Assembly: GCA_038087875.1 (NCBI GenBank) | Contig: CM075998.1 | Location: forward strand, 5,582,001 to 5,642,000 | Direction: 5' to 3' | DNA: 60,000 nucleotides | Origin: Malacoraja senta | Lineage: Eukaryota | Shown here: positions 49,460 to 60,000 of the stretch, one piece after another | Position numbering within the stretch: position 1 is the first letter of the stretch | Layout: every line of letters starts with the position of its first letter | Translations under genes and position numbers: made by a program | Notes under the pieces: model-generated | Databases searched by the model: none | Told to the model about the DNA's origin: nothing | The model's input: only the letters and a program-made list of their open reading frames with translations

Positions 49460-49914
49460 CTCACAGCGCCAGAGACCCGGGTATGATCCTGACTACGGGT
49501 GCTGTCTGCACAGAGTTTGTACGTTCTCCCCGTGACCTGCGTGGGTTTGCTCCGGGTGCTCCAGTTTCCTCCCACACTCCAAAGACGTACAGGTCTGTAG
49601 GTTAATTGGCTTAGGTAAAGATTGTAAATTGTCCCTAGTGTGTAGGATACGGCTAGTGTGCGGGGATCGCTGGTCAGTGCAGACTCGGTGGGCCGAAAGG
49701 CCCGTTTCCACGCAGTATCTCTGAAATAAACCAAACTAAACAGGCCTTGCAGCCGAACACATGGCTGCCTAGTATTTTACAATGGAAATCAGAGGTGTTC
49801 AAGAGGCCAGTGAGAGAAGATGTTTCTATTTGAAGTCAAGCAACATTTAATTGTGCAGAGAGTATATAAGGTTGTGTTGGTTTAAATGGTATTATTAAGC
49901 AACAAATAATTCAT

Positions 49915-50470
49915 CAGGCGCTGGTCAGGCCGCACTTGGAATATTGTGAGCAATTTTTGGCACCATATCTGAGGAAGGATGTGCTGACTATGTAGAGGGT
50001 CCAGAGGAGGTTCCCAGGAATGAGTAGGTTAACATATGATGAGCTTTTGACGGCACTGGGCCTGTACTCGCTGGAGTTTAGAAGAATGAGCGGGGACCTC
50101 ATTGAAACGTACAGAATAATGAAAGGCCTGGATAGAGTGGATGTGGAGAGGATGTTTCCACTAGTGGGAGAGTCTAGGACTAGAGATCACATCTTCAGAA
50201 TTAAAGGATGTTCTTTTCGGAAGGAGATGAGGAGGAATTTCTTTAGTCAGAGGGTGGTGAACCTGTGGAATTCTATGCCACAGAAAGCTGTAGAGGCCAA
50301 GTCAATGGATATATTTAAGGCAGAGGTAGATAGATTCTTGATTAGTACGAGTGTCAGAGGTTATGAGGAGAAGGCAGGAGAATGGGGTAAGGAGGGAGAG
50401 ATAGATCAGCTATGATTGAATGGCAGAGTAGACTTGATGGGCCGAATGGCATTCTGCTCCTACCACTTAT
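49915..50470 (+). mobile_element. CR1/HER1 LINE 3' fragment
   Basis: LGLYSLEFRRMSGDLIETYRIMKG...FFSQRVVNLWNSMP. Confidence 0.9.
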
Positions 50471-50910
50471 GATCACCACAATAAAATCCAAACAACAAAT
50501 CAGCATTTTTAACAGCCATGCACAATAAGAAACAGTTAAATGTTATTCTGATTAACAGCCTTAAACTGTGGCACAGATACAGTTATGCAGATCATACTTC
50601 TTGTCCGTGACATCCCCGCCCCCAGAGTCAAATTGCTTGCCCAAACTCAGTGCCAAGGCTCCTGCATGTGGAATGATCAGTGCGCAGGGAATTGTGCCAC
50701 GGCATGAGTCAGTCTTTTCAGGATAGAAGGCAAGAAATCAAGGAGGAGAAGTCGAGCACTTTCCCGGCAAAGCATTTATACTGGCAGATACAATTCCCAG
50801 TCTCACACATGGTATACATTTTTCAATCTCCCCAAAAGCATTCTGCACTTGCTGACCAACATCCTGCATCTTCAAGCAAATTCTGTAAAGGAGTAAACAC
50901 AGAGATAGAC

Positions 50911-51300
50911 ACAGAGTGCTGGAGTAACTCAGCGGGTCAGGCAGCATCTGTGGAGAACATGGATAGGTGACGTTTCACAGAGTGCTGGAGTAACTCAGCG
51001 GGTCAGGCAGCATCTGTGGAGAACATGGATAGGTGACGTTTCACAGAGTGCTGGAGTAACTCAGCGGGTCAGGCAGCATCTGTGGAGAACATGGATAGGT
51101 GACGTTTCACAGAGTGCTGGAGTAACTCAGCGGGTCAGGCAGCATCTCTGGAGAACATGGATAGGTGACGTTTCACAGAGTGCTGGAGTAACTCAGCGGG
51201 TCAGGCAGCATCTGTGGAGAACATGGATAGGTGACGTTTCAGAGTGCAGGAGTAACTCAGCGGGTCAGGCAGCATCTCTGGAGAAAAGTGATAGGTGACG
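50911..51300 (-). repeat. 66-bp tandem array, about 6 copies, reverse orientation, inside a palindromic element
   Basis: Reverse complement of the 21789/23145 unit. Confidence 0.95.
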
Positions 51301-51589
51301 TTTTGGGTTGGGACCCTTCTTCAGACTGTCCCGACCCAAAACGTCACCTATCCATGTTCTCCAGTGATGCTGCCTGACCTGCTGAGTTACTCCAACATTT
51401 TGTGTCCTTTTGTGTAAACCAGCATCTGCAGTTCCTTTTTATTACATTCTTTACAGGAATACTTGTGTTTGTTCATTTGAAACATTTTCCCCCTCCTTTT
51501 CGAGTACCACGTAGTGCTACACACCCGCCACCTCCTCTCCCACTCCCCACGCATCCTCTCCATCTCTTACATTTAAAGCCGATGTGCGG

Positions 51590-51940
51590 GGCAATTTTTT
51601 TTTAGAGGGTTGTGGGTGCCTGGAACACTCTGCTGGGGGTGGTGATGGAGGCAGATACGATAGTGGTGTTTAAGAGGCTTTTAGATAGGCACGTGTATAT
51701 GCAGGGAATGGAGGGATATGGATCAGGCAGAGGAGATCAGTTCGCCTTTGAAGGCAGTGGAGGCCAATTCTCTGGATGCTTTCAAGAGAGAGTTAGATAG
51801 AGCTCTTAAAGATAGCAGTCAGGGGATATGGCAAGAAGGCAGGAACGGGGTACTGATTGGGGATGATCAGCCATGATCACAGTGAATGGCGGTGCTGGCT
51901 CGAAGGGCCGAATGGCCTACTCCTGCACCTATTGTCTATT
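51590..51940 (+). mobile_element. Two fused CR1 3' ends
   Basis: VVMEADTIVVFKRLLDR peptide followed by a second tail GGGCCGAATGGCCTACTCCTGCACC. Confidence 0.75.
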
Positions 51941-52933
51941 ATATTTCAGGAAGCAGACAGGAAAAGTTATTTTGGATTGTTTGCATTTTATTGAAATGCA
52001 AAATAATTTGAATGCAGGTGAAAATCGCCGAACTGTCACTTATTTCCCAATGCACTGTTGTCGAAGCCCTGAAGCGGTGGCATCTACCCTGGTCAGATCA
52101 GCAGGCAGTTCTACCATGGGACATGATTAGTTCAGTGCCAGAGGCAGCCATTTCTTAATAATATCAGCTTTTGAACTCGACGGGAATGAATTCAGACAGC
52201 AATGGAAAGCTGGAAGGCATATGGACTGACACAAGGGTGCTTTATATTTTAATCACAATTGTCAAAAAGCTTTCAGACATTCACCAGACTCAATACTTGA
52301 TATGCAATCAAACAAGGTTTGGTGAACCTGCATCATTAAAATCTAATATTCAACCACATGGCCCCTATACAAAAATTCCCAATAAATTTCCTAAAGGATA
52401 AAACAGCCAAGGAAATAGTGCACATAATCTCATCAACTCGTAATCTGCAATAACAGAAAAAGGCTGCAAAGCCCAGGGATAAAGAGCATTTGTCCAAGTG
52501 CTGACAGAGCTCAGGGAAGGACACTGACCAGCATTCTGAGGAGATCACTGCTGGAGTAACTCAGCGGGACAGGCAGCATCTCTGGATAGAAGGAATGGGT
52601 GATGCTTCGGGTCGAGACCCTTCTTCAGACCTCAGTCTAACTTCGGTTTAAACCAACATCTGCAGTTCCTTCCTACAGATTTTGTCTGAAGTTCCAATCA
52701 TCCTGGTTTATATGTTTATCTGATCAAGAGGTTAGTAAGGCAAGATTAAGATCAATTTCCCTCCTGGAATAAATAAAGTTCTATCGTATCCTATCGTATT
52801 ATTGCTTCCTGAATCCAGTCACCTTGATTTTTTATAGAGGGGACAATTCAAGTGAAGTGCAAGTCCTAAATTACGAACACAGATATCCAAAAGGTAAATT
52901 TGCCAAAAAAAATTACTAACCAGTTCAAAACTA

Positions 52934-53197
52934 CACTGCCCTCCATAATGTTTGGAACAAAGACCCATTATTTATTTATTTGCCTCTGTACTCCACAATT
53001 TGAGATTTGTAATAGAAATAAAATCACCTGTGGTTAAAGTGCACATTGTCAGATTTTGTTAAAGGGTATTTTTATACATTTTGGTTTCACCATGTAGAAA
53101 TTACAGCAGTGTTTATACATAGTCCCTCTCATTTCAGGGCACCATAATGTTTGGGACACATGGCTTCACAGGCATTTGTAATCGCTCAGGTGTGTTT
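52934..53197 (+). mobile_element. Tc1 left terminal repeat, interrupted by the DIRS element
   Basis: TACACTGCCCTCCATAATGTTTGG... matches 32154 onward and breaks at GTGTTTAAT. Confidence 0.88.
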
Positions 53198-55268
53198 AAT
53201 AGTAAGATTAAACGAGAACTTACCAGTTTGAAGTTTGATCTTTATTTTATGAGGAGTTACGTTGAGGGATTACATGAAGAAGAGCCCGTCCAGCCGCACA
53301 ATCTTCAAAGCAGCGGAGTGAAATCACAGACGACAATTACTGAAGTATGATAGTAAGATACATAAAGACTAGAACTACCAGCTCGATCTTTTATGAGGGT
53401 GGGAGCGGAGGGCACGTAATCCCTCAACGTAACTCCTCATAAAATAAAGATCAAACTTCAAACTGGTAAGTTCTCGTTTAATCTTACTATTTTACTTCAG
53501 AGTCACCTGAGTGACTACGTGAAGATTTCAAAGCTCTGTGATTTCAGGCTGTAGATTCAATCCAGGCGCTCACAACATTGATTGACTCTAAATAAGTAAA
53601 GCAATCAACAATGCATAACCATAAACATGGATGCAACCAGTTAATGATTAATTTATCACCACAATAGTAACCCCTTTATCACAAGGGGAAACTTAATACT
53701 GAATCCAAAAAATAACACCACCAAATAACCACAGGTATTATAATCTCCTTATGGTAATAGGTGAATTCTTTCACTTATGCCTGTAGCCACGAGGATATGT
53801 TTTATTAGAACATCCAATTCCTTGGCTGTCAAACTTGATGGTGCCCTGGTGAAATAAGATTAAAATTTGTCAGTATCCATACCTGTATCAAGCAACACAT
53901 GCTTTAGCCATTTTTAAAATAGTCTAAACCGACACTTTCCTATGCAGCTATTTATGGCTAATAAAATACTCATACTGAACCTCTTTAAGGTTCTGATAGA
54001 TTCAATCTAACATTGTAAATGTGATACCACACATAGACGTGGATCCGTAGGATATGCTGAAACCCCAACTTACATCCTGTGATTCCACATCTACTCTGTT
54101 TAAGCAATTCATAGACATAGAACACAATAGTAACTGTTTGTCTCTTTCCATCATGTCTATTCTTACTTTCTGCAATAGTTGCACTCTCTGTGCATAAACC
54201 AGTCCCCTGAACTTGACTTCCTTAATGATAATTCAAGCCAAGGACAGCACTGTAATAGGAGTCCATAAACAAAAACAATATAACATATCTCTTACATTCC
54301 AGATTATTTTATACTTGTGTCTAAGAGATTTTAGAATTATAATCCTTTCATAAATTTGCAGACCAAAGGGTGTAACCCTACAACATTTTGTTCTGATTCC
54401 TCCATAGATATGCAGTAACGGCACTCCTTGCAGTATTCATAGCATTATAGCTTAACTGCTAATAAAATAAAGAGTTTACAGAACTCTAACACTACTGATA
54501 TGTCTATAGTGTGATATGTAATAGTCTGCTTAAACAAAACATATCCCATTTCTTTATGTAAGAAATGTACTACTTCTGGGTAAAATCCATCCAGATTGCA
54601 ATAATATCCACAGTACAATCTGATAGTCCTCTTCCAATAAATGTCACTCCTTAAAATCTGTAAATCAACAACCAATATGATTATGTAAAGGATGTGAATC
54701 ATCAGTTATAGAGTGCACAGATTAATTCTGTTTGGAAATCATAAGAGGCTTTGTGATCATTTTAAACACCTCAGGGTACCATGGTTTTGTAGATCCAATC
54801 TAGTACCACCAATACTCCCGAAACGGAATCCTGTTTGCTCTTCTGTATATACTGTTAAATGAGAAAAAATGGAAAATGTATACAAACATTTTACCCCAAT
54901 GCAGTGAGAAACATTCACCACTACTGCCCCAGTATCAGACTTTATAACATATATTTAGGTAATTGGTGGTTAAATCTGGATACAAACAAGTCATCAATCG
55001 TGCTATAATATTATTAAATTTCTCACGATCCAACATACATTCTATATTATCATTGATTTACATGACTTTTGAGTCTTCAACTATATTGAATCTACCTCAT
55101 AGGTAGATTGCCAATCAAATATTTCTGGTAAATACCAGATCCAGATCACATTAGCCAGTCTATTACAAGATACTGACTTAAACCACTCGAATGATTGACA
55201 TACGTTCTATTCCGTAGTCTCAATCTATGTCTAAACATGCAACTTTGCATATAAGAGCAAATAAGCTT
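53198..55268 (-). mobile_element. DIRS1-like tyrosine-recombinase retrotransposon, degenerate, 3' part
   Basis: 76-bp perfect inverted repeat at the terminus; decayed YR (LVYAQRVQLLQK; KWLKHVLLDTGMDTDKF*SYFTRA), MT-like (DLFVSRFNHQLPKY; KPWYP) and RNase H remnants. Confidence 0.8.
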
Positions 55269-55471
55269 TGTAGATGAGATATGCATGTGCCTTTAACATA
55301 GTGACCTCACACCCACTAACCACTCCCCATATCACAAGTATAACTACAACCTCCACACCCACAGATCGCTCTCTAGTTCCTGTGACAGACCACGTACAGC
55401 TAGTGCAATGTATAATGTCCAGTATGAATAAAGATAGTAAAGTAACGATGTCTCGATATCAATCCTTTACA
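55269..55471 (+). repeat. 5' LTR (203 bp)
   Basis: TGTA...TACA, contains AATAAA, identical by eye to the 3' LTR. Confidence 0.97.
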
Positions 55472-58400
55472 TGGTGTCAAATAACGTACCTTGCGCCTCC
55501 CGTTTATCGGTTTATCATTTAATTTTGACCCAGTTTTTTGTTTCCCCCCCTAACTGTTTTGTTGTGGCCTCTTCTGCCCGTAAGCCCGATGCGCTCGTTT
55601 TCGATTTCGACATCGCCCTTCGATGGGACATATTCAAACGCGACTTTGAACACTATTTCACGATTGCCCATCCTGGCGCCACCGACGCTCTCAAAGCCTC
55701 GCTGCTTCTCAACGCCTTGACTCGCTCGGACTTCTTCGTCTACGCTCCTGGAGAATCAGCTCGGGACCCGGCATGTCTGTTGGCTAAGTTTGACGCTATT
55801 TGTGACATTCCTACTAATTGTATTTTAGAACGTTTTAAACTGTTCGCGCGGCGTCAGCTCCCTGGGGAATCGGCTGAGAACTATGTCATTGCGCTGCGGG
55901 ACCTGGGCAGGCGCTGCCGCCTCGAGACGTGGACCCCCGATAATGTCATCAGGGACCTACTGGTTTACGGTCTCCGTGATGAGAAGCTCAGGTCCGAACT
56001 ACTTCGCAAGCCGGATCTGACCTTGGCCGATGCAATGCACGCTACTCGCTTAGCCGACGCTGTTTCCGCGGCGGCGCCGCCGGCTGAACAGGCGATCAAC
56101 TTTGCCAGCACTCCTAGCTATCTCATGAACGCACCCCAGTCGCGACCCCCGGTGTCGCTCGCTGCTCGAGGGGGACGCGCCCCGGGGTTCGGTGGTGCCA
56201 CAAGGGGAGACACCCAGCAAAGGTGCCCTAATTGCAACTTCACATCTCATCAGTTCAATGTGTGCCCTGCGCTGGGAAAGTACTGCAAATCCTGTAATAA
56301 GTTGAACCATTTTGCTGCAGCCTGTCGTTCCCGTGGGAAGCCTGTCGCTGCTCGAAGGCAAAATTTAAACAACCTTCTACAGTCGGATAATGATCTCAGC
56401 TCCCAGCACTATTCCGATGAACATTCTGTTCCTACATCCAACTCCTCTCAGGCAGAAACCAGCTTGTTTACCGTGGTGAACGCACCTGCTATGATAACGG
56501 ATCCTTCTGTGCAAGTCACTGTGAACAACTCGACCTTCACGGCCAAAATCGACACTGGGGCGGTTACCAATGTTATGTCAACATCTCTTTTCAACCAGAT
56601 AAGGACTAATGAGAAGATATTTTCTCAGAGCTCAAATCTGCATGCCTACGGTGGGGAGATCCTTACTCCTGTGGGCAAGGCCACACTACACTGTAAGATA
56701 CTGAAGGCCACTCGGCCCCTCACCTTCTTTCTCCTCAATCGAAGTTGCGTTCCCCTGCTGGGGATCCAGGCATGCCAGGAAATGGGACTGGTGTCCTTCC
56801 ACCGGGACATCCACCACGTGCGGGCTCTTATGGACCCGCTGGCCGAGTATCCTGACCGCTTTGATGATAAGCTAGGCAAACTACCCTGCAGCTACAAGAT
56901 TGAAGTGGACCATAAGATCGTTCCTGTGGTCCATGCTCCTCACCGTATTTCCTTCGCCATGAGGGACAAAGTGGAGGCGACCCTACACAGTATGGTACAA
57001 ATGGGCGTCCTAAAGGCGGTCGTCGAGCCCACCAGCTGGGTCTCTTCCATGGTTGTTGCTGCTAAAAAGGACATGAGTGAGATACGCATCTGCATCAACC
57101 CCAGAGACCTCAACCTGGCCATTCGGCGCCCTCACTACCCTATGAGAACGGTGGAAGACGTCGCTGCACGGGTTGGTCCAGCAACGGTCTTTTCGGTCCT
57201 CGATGCCAAGAGTTCATTCTGGCAGATACCACTGGACGAGCGGTCGTCCATTTTGACAACCTTCGCCACCCCCTACGGAAGGTTTCGGTTCCTCCGAATG
57301 CCCTTCGGAATCAACTCTGCCAGCGAGGTATTCCAGCGAACCATGGAACAGTTGTTTTCAGATCTGCCTTGCGCCATAATTGTTGACGACATCCTCGTTT
57401 ACGGTAAGGATGTTGCCGAACACGATGTCAACCTCCGCCTGATCCTGGACCGGGCCAGGCAAATCAACTTGAAACTGAACCCCAAGAAGTGCCGATTCCG
57501 CGTCTCGGAGGTCACCTATGTTGGACACGTATTCACCGCTGAGGGGCTGAAGCCTGACCCGCAGAAAACGACTGCCATCTCAGGTATGCCTCCTCCTATT
57601 AACGTGGCAGGCCTGCAACGCTTTCTCGGCTTGGTAAACTACCTGGGGAAGTTCATCCCCGACCTAAGCGAGCTCAGCGCTCCCCTGAGGGATCTGATCA
57701 AAAAGGACACTTCCTGGCTTTGGTTACCCAATCATCAGAAGGCATTTGACATTCTTAAGTCTAAACTGATCAGCACACCCACGCTCAAGTTCTTTGACCT
57801 GCGGCATCCCATTGTCCTCACCTGCGACGCCTCTCAATTCGGACTCGGTGCCGCCTGCCTCCAGGTCCATGACGGCCTGCAGATGCCTGTCTCATTCGCG
57901 TCCCGCACCATGACCGCCACCGAACAGCACTACGCGCAGATTGAGAAGGAGCTACTGGCCGTGCTGTTTGCCTGCTCCAAATTCCGGGACTACATCGTGG
58001 GCAACACTTTCACCGTTGAAACTGACCATCAACCACTTGTTACCATCCTCAACAAACCGATCCATGTGGCCTCATCACGTCTGCAGCGCATGCTGCTGCA
58101 GCTCCAGCGTTTCACGTTCACGGTGGTTTATCGTAAGGGGAAGGACATGTTCGTAGCCGACACGTTGTCTCGCGCCCCGCTGACGTCCACTGCTCGCCAC
58201 CAATACGAAACGTCCGAGTTACTAGTACTACGATTGAACTTCGTCCCCTCGCCACAGATGAAATCCCTGGTTGAACACACTACCAACGACCCTGCCCTGC
58301 AACAGCTGTCTGCCGTCATCCGGCAGGGCTGGCCTGACCGTCGCTCGGCACTGCCGGCTGGAGCCGTGCCCTACTTCCTGATTCGGGACGAGCTCGTATT

Positions 58401-59721
58401 GCACGACGGCGTGGTGGTGAAGGGTCACAAAGTGGTCGTGCCCGCGGCGCTGCACGACCACTATTTTCAGGTCGCACACCGCGGTCACACTGGGGCCGAA
58501 GCCACTTTGTCTCTCGCCAAGGCACAGTTCTATTGGCCGGATATGGCAAAGTACATCCGGGAGAGGGTCTCATCGTGTTCCACCTGCAACAGCCGCGCCC
58601 CCCATCAGCAGCGTCAGCCGCTTCTACAGCAGCCCGCGCCCGGACTGCCCTGGATGGCGCTCGCCACAGACATTTTCGAGTGGCGGGGCAAACATTTCCT
58701 GGTACTCGTTGACTTCTACTCCAGCTGGTTTGCGGTTGACCGGCTGCCTTCCGTGACCTCTTCGGCCGTCATCGACAGGTTGGACCCTCACTTTAGCACT
58801 TTTGGCCCCCCGGCAAGCCTGCAGTCGGACAATGGCAGCCAGTTCACGAGCTCCGAGTTTAAAGCGTTCGCTTCCAGATGGAACTTTCGCCATTTCACAA
58901 GCAGCCCGGAGTACCCGCAAAGCAACGGTTTGGCCGAGCGCGCGGTCCGCAGTGCTAAGCACTTGTTGGAACAGTGTGGTGGCATTAACTCTGACTTCCA
59001 CCTGGCCCTCCTCAGCCTTCGGAACATCTCTCGCGACCCTGCCATGGGTTCACCTGCTCAGCGGCTCCTGTCTCGCGCTACCAGGCTCCCACTCCCGGTG
59101 GCCCAGCGATCCCTCATACCCTCGGTCCTTCCACCTGCGGCGGTTCAGAAACGGATTGCCTTCAGGCAAGACGTCCAAAAGCGGTCCCATGACAGGTCCT
59201 GCCACCCGCTGCCGCCCCTCTTCCCCGGTCAAGTAGTCCGTATGCAGACCACTCCCGGTCACTCCAAGCTCGCTACTGTCGTCGGCTCTGCGGGGTCGCC
59301 CAGGTCCTATTTCGTCGACTACGCTGGGACCATTTACCGACGGTCTCGCCAGCACCTTCGGCTCGTCCACGAGCCGCGTCCTCCTCCCGCCGATCCCTTT
59401 GCTCCCCCGCTGCCTGTTTCCCGTCCGGCCGTTGCCCTGCCCGTGATTCCCTGCATGCCTCGCTCTGCTCCTCCTTCGCCCCCTCCGCTCCAACACACTC
59501 CGACTAGTCCTCGCACGCCTCCCCGCGCTCTCCCCGGTCCCGGCCCCGCATCCCCTCCGGTTTCGGTGCCGCGATCTCTTCCGTTTCCTCCCGTTTCTCC
59601 CTTTCAGGTTCGTCTGTCCCCGCTGGTGCCTCTTCCTCCTCCAGGAAGGGTGGATGGCGAGACGCGAACCCGGGCGGGACGTCTGGTCAAACCGCCTGAC
59701 CGCTATGGCGATGTTGCCTAG
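55471..59721 (+). CDS. Gag-Pol polyprotein (Gag with two Cys/His knuckles, protease, RT, RNase H, integrase); true start codon uncertain
   Basis: CPNCNFTSHQFNVC and CKSCNKLNHFAAAC; KIDTGA; IVDDILVYG; CDASQFGLG, EKELLA, TDHQPL; HRGH...CSTC, D..D-35-E; Pro-rich tail ending TRAGRLVKPPDRY. Confidence 0.95.
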   Translation: MVSNNVPCASRLSVYHLILTQFFVSPPNCFVVASSARKPDALVFDFDIALRWDIFKRDFEHYFTIAHPGATDALKASLLLNALTRSDFFVYAPGESARDPACLLAKFDAICDIPTNCILERFKLFARRQLPGESAENYVIALRDLGRRCRLETWTPDNVIRDLLVYGLRDEKLRSELLRKPDLTLADAMHATRLADAVSAAAPPAEQAINFASTPSYLMNAPQSRPPVSLAARGGRAPGFGGATRGDTQQRCPNCNFTSHQFNVCPALGKYCKSCNKLNHFAAACRSRGKPVAARRQNLNNLLQSDNDLSSQHYSDEHSVPTSNSSQAETSLFTVVNAPAMITDPSVQVTVNNSTFTAKIDTGAVTNVMSTSLFNQIRTNEKIFSQSSNLHAYGGEILTPVGKATLHCKILKATRPLTFFLLNRSCVPLLGIQACQEMGLVSFHRDIHHVRALMDPLAEYPDRFDDKLGKLPCSYKIEVDHKIVPVVHAPHRISFAMRDKVEATLHSMVQMGVLKAVVEPTSWVSSMVVAAKKDMSEIRICINPRDLNLAIRRPHYPMRTVEDVAARVGPATVFSVLDAKSSFWQIPLDERSSILTTFATPYGRFRFLRMPFGINSASEVFQRTMEQLFSDLPCAIIVDDILVYGKDVAEHDVNLRLILDRARQINLKLNPKKCRFRVSEVTYVGHVFTAEGLKPDPQKTTAISGMPPPINVAGLQRFLGLVNYLGKFIPDLSELSAPLRDLIKKDTSWLWLPNHQKAFDILKSKLISTPTLKFFDLRHPIVLTCDASQFGLGAACLQVHDGLQMPVSFASRTMTATEQHYAQIEKELLAVLFACSKFRDYIVGNTFTVETDHQPLVTILNKPIHVASSRLQRMLLQLQRFTFTVVYRKGKDMFVADTLSRAPLTSTARHQYETSELLVLRLNFVPSPQMKSLVEHTTNDPALQQLSAVIRQGWPDRRSALPAGAVPYFLIRDELVLHDGVVVKGHKVVVPAALHDHYFQVAHRGHTGAEATLSLAKAQFYWPDMAKYIRERVSSCSTCNSRAPHQQRQPLLQQPAPGLPWMALATDIFEWRGKHFLVLVDFYSSWFAVDRLPSVTSSAVIDRLDPHFSTFGPPASLQSDNGSQFTSSEFKAFASRWNFRHFTSSPEYPQSNGLAERAVRSAKHLLEQCGGINSDFHLALLSLRNISRDPAMGSPAQRLLSRATRLPLPVAQRSLIPSVLPPAAVQKRIAFRQDVQKRSHDRSCHPLPPLFPGQVVRMQTTPGHSKLATVVGSAGSPRSYFVDYAGTIYRRSRQHLRLVHEPRPPPADPFAPPLPVSRPAVALPVIPCMPRSAPPSPPPLQHTPTSPRTPPRALPGPGPASPPVSVPRSLPFPPVSPFQVRLSPLVPLPPPGRVDGETRTRAGRLVKPPDRYGDVA

Positions 59722-59790
59722 CTATCCTAGCGCATGAGCCGTGGTCGCCATGTCACCTTTGTATTTGCCTGTCGTTTCGGGGAGGAAGGA

Positions 59791-59993
59791 TGTAGATGAG
59801 ATATGCATGTGCCTTTAACATAGTGACCTCACACCCACTAACCACTCCCCATATCACAAGTATAACTACAACCTCCACACCCACAGATCGCTCTCTAGTT
59901 CCTGTGACAGACCACGTACAGCTAGTGCAATGTATAATGTCCAGTATGAATAAAGATAGTAAAGTAACGATGTCTCGATATCAATCCTTTACA
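59791..59993 (+). repeat. 3' LTR (203 bp)
   Basis: Identical by eye to 55269-55471; followed by AGCTT. Confidence 0.97.
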
Positions 59994-60000
59994 AGCTTTA

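Larger units (their letters stand above)
47629..49741 (+). mobile_element. HE1-type V-SINE split (47629-47657 and 49460-49741) by a DNA-transposon insertion
   Basis: GCTGCCTCACAG|...|CTCACAGCGCCAGAGACCCGGG. Confidence 0.85.
55269..59993 (+). mobile_element. Full-length Ty3/Gypsy LTR retrotransposon (Mag-like), 4725 bp
   Basis: AGCTT target duplication, TG...CA LTRs, PBS TGGTGTCA, polypurine tract GGGGAGGAAGGA (59779-59790), single open gag-pol. Confidence 0.97.

Noticed and set aside
46214..52930. BLOC1S1 exons 1-2
   Set aside because: No match to the expected LVDHLN-containing exon seen by eye; probably beyond the window.
58624..59516. Antisense and alternative-frame ORFs in the Gypsy element as env or accessory genes
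   Set aside because: Short shadow ORFs expected in GC-rich coding DNA; no signal peptide or transmembrane pattern.

Overview
Vertebrate genomic DNA, very likely from a cartilaginous fish (skate/ray type), judged from the dense HE1-type V-SINEs and their partner CR1/HER1 LINEs. Two host genes are partly present, both on the minus strand. One is the 3' end of integrin alpha-7 (ITGA7): five exons at 14517-25295, including alternative A and B cytoplasmic-tail exons. The other is the last two exons of BLOC1S1 (46081-46213 and 31018-31125). A 200-N gap (26349-26548) separates them. The missing ITGA7 5' exons, a switch in SINE strand bias and a flipped satellite orientation all suggest the contig right of the gap is inverted. 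The rest is layered transposon sequence: HE1 SINEs, CR1 and Rex1 LINE fragments, three Tc1 (DD34E) copies, Harbinger- and hAT-like non-autonomous elements, and non-autonomous Helitrons (one with two 5' ends). Penelope-derived palindromic elements carry a hammerhead-ribozyme-like core and 10-13 bp target duplications, and they seed 66-bp satellite arrays. At the right end is a nested stack Tc1 > DIRS > Gypsy; the Gypsy element has one uninterrupted ORF and identical 203-bp LTRs. Everything was read by eye; repeat-fragment boundaries are approximate and no database searches were run.
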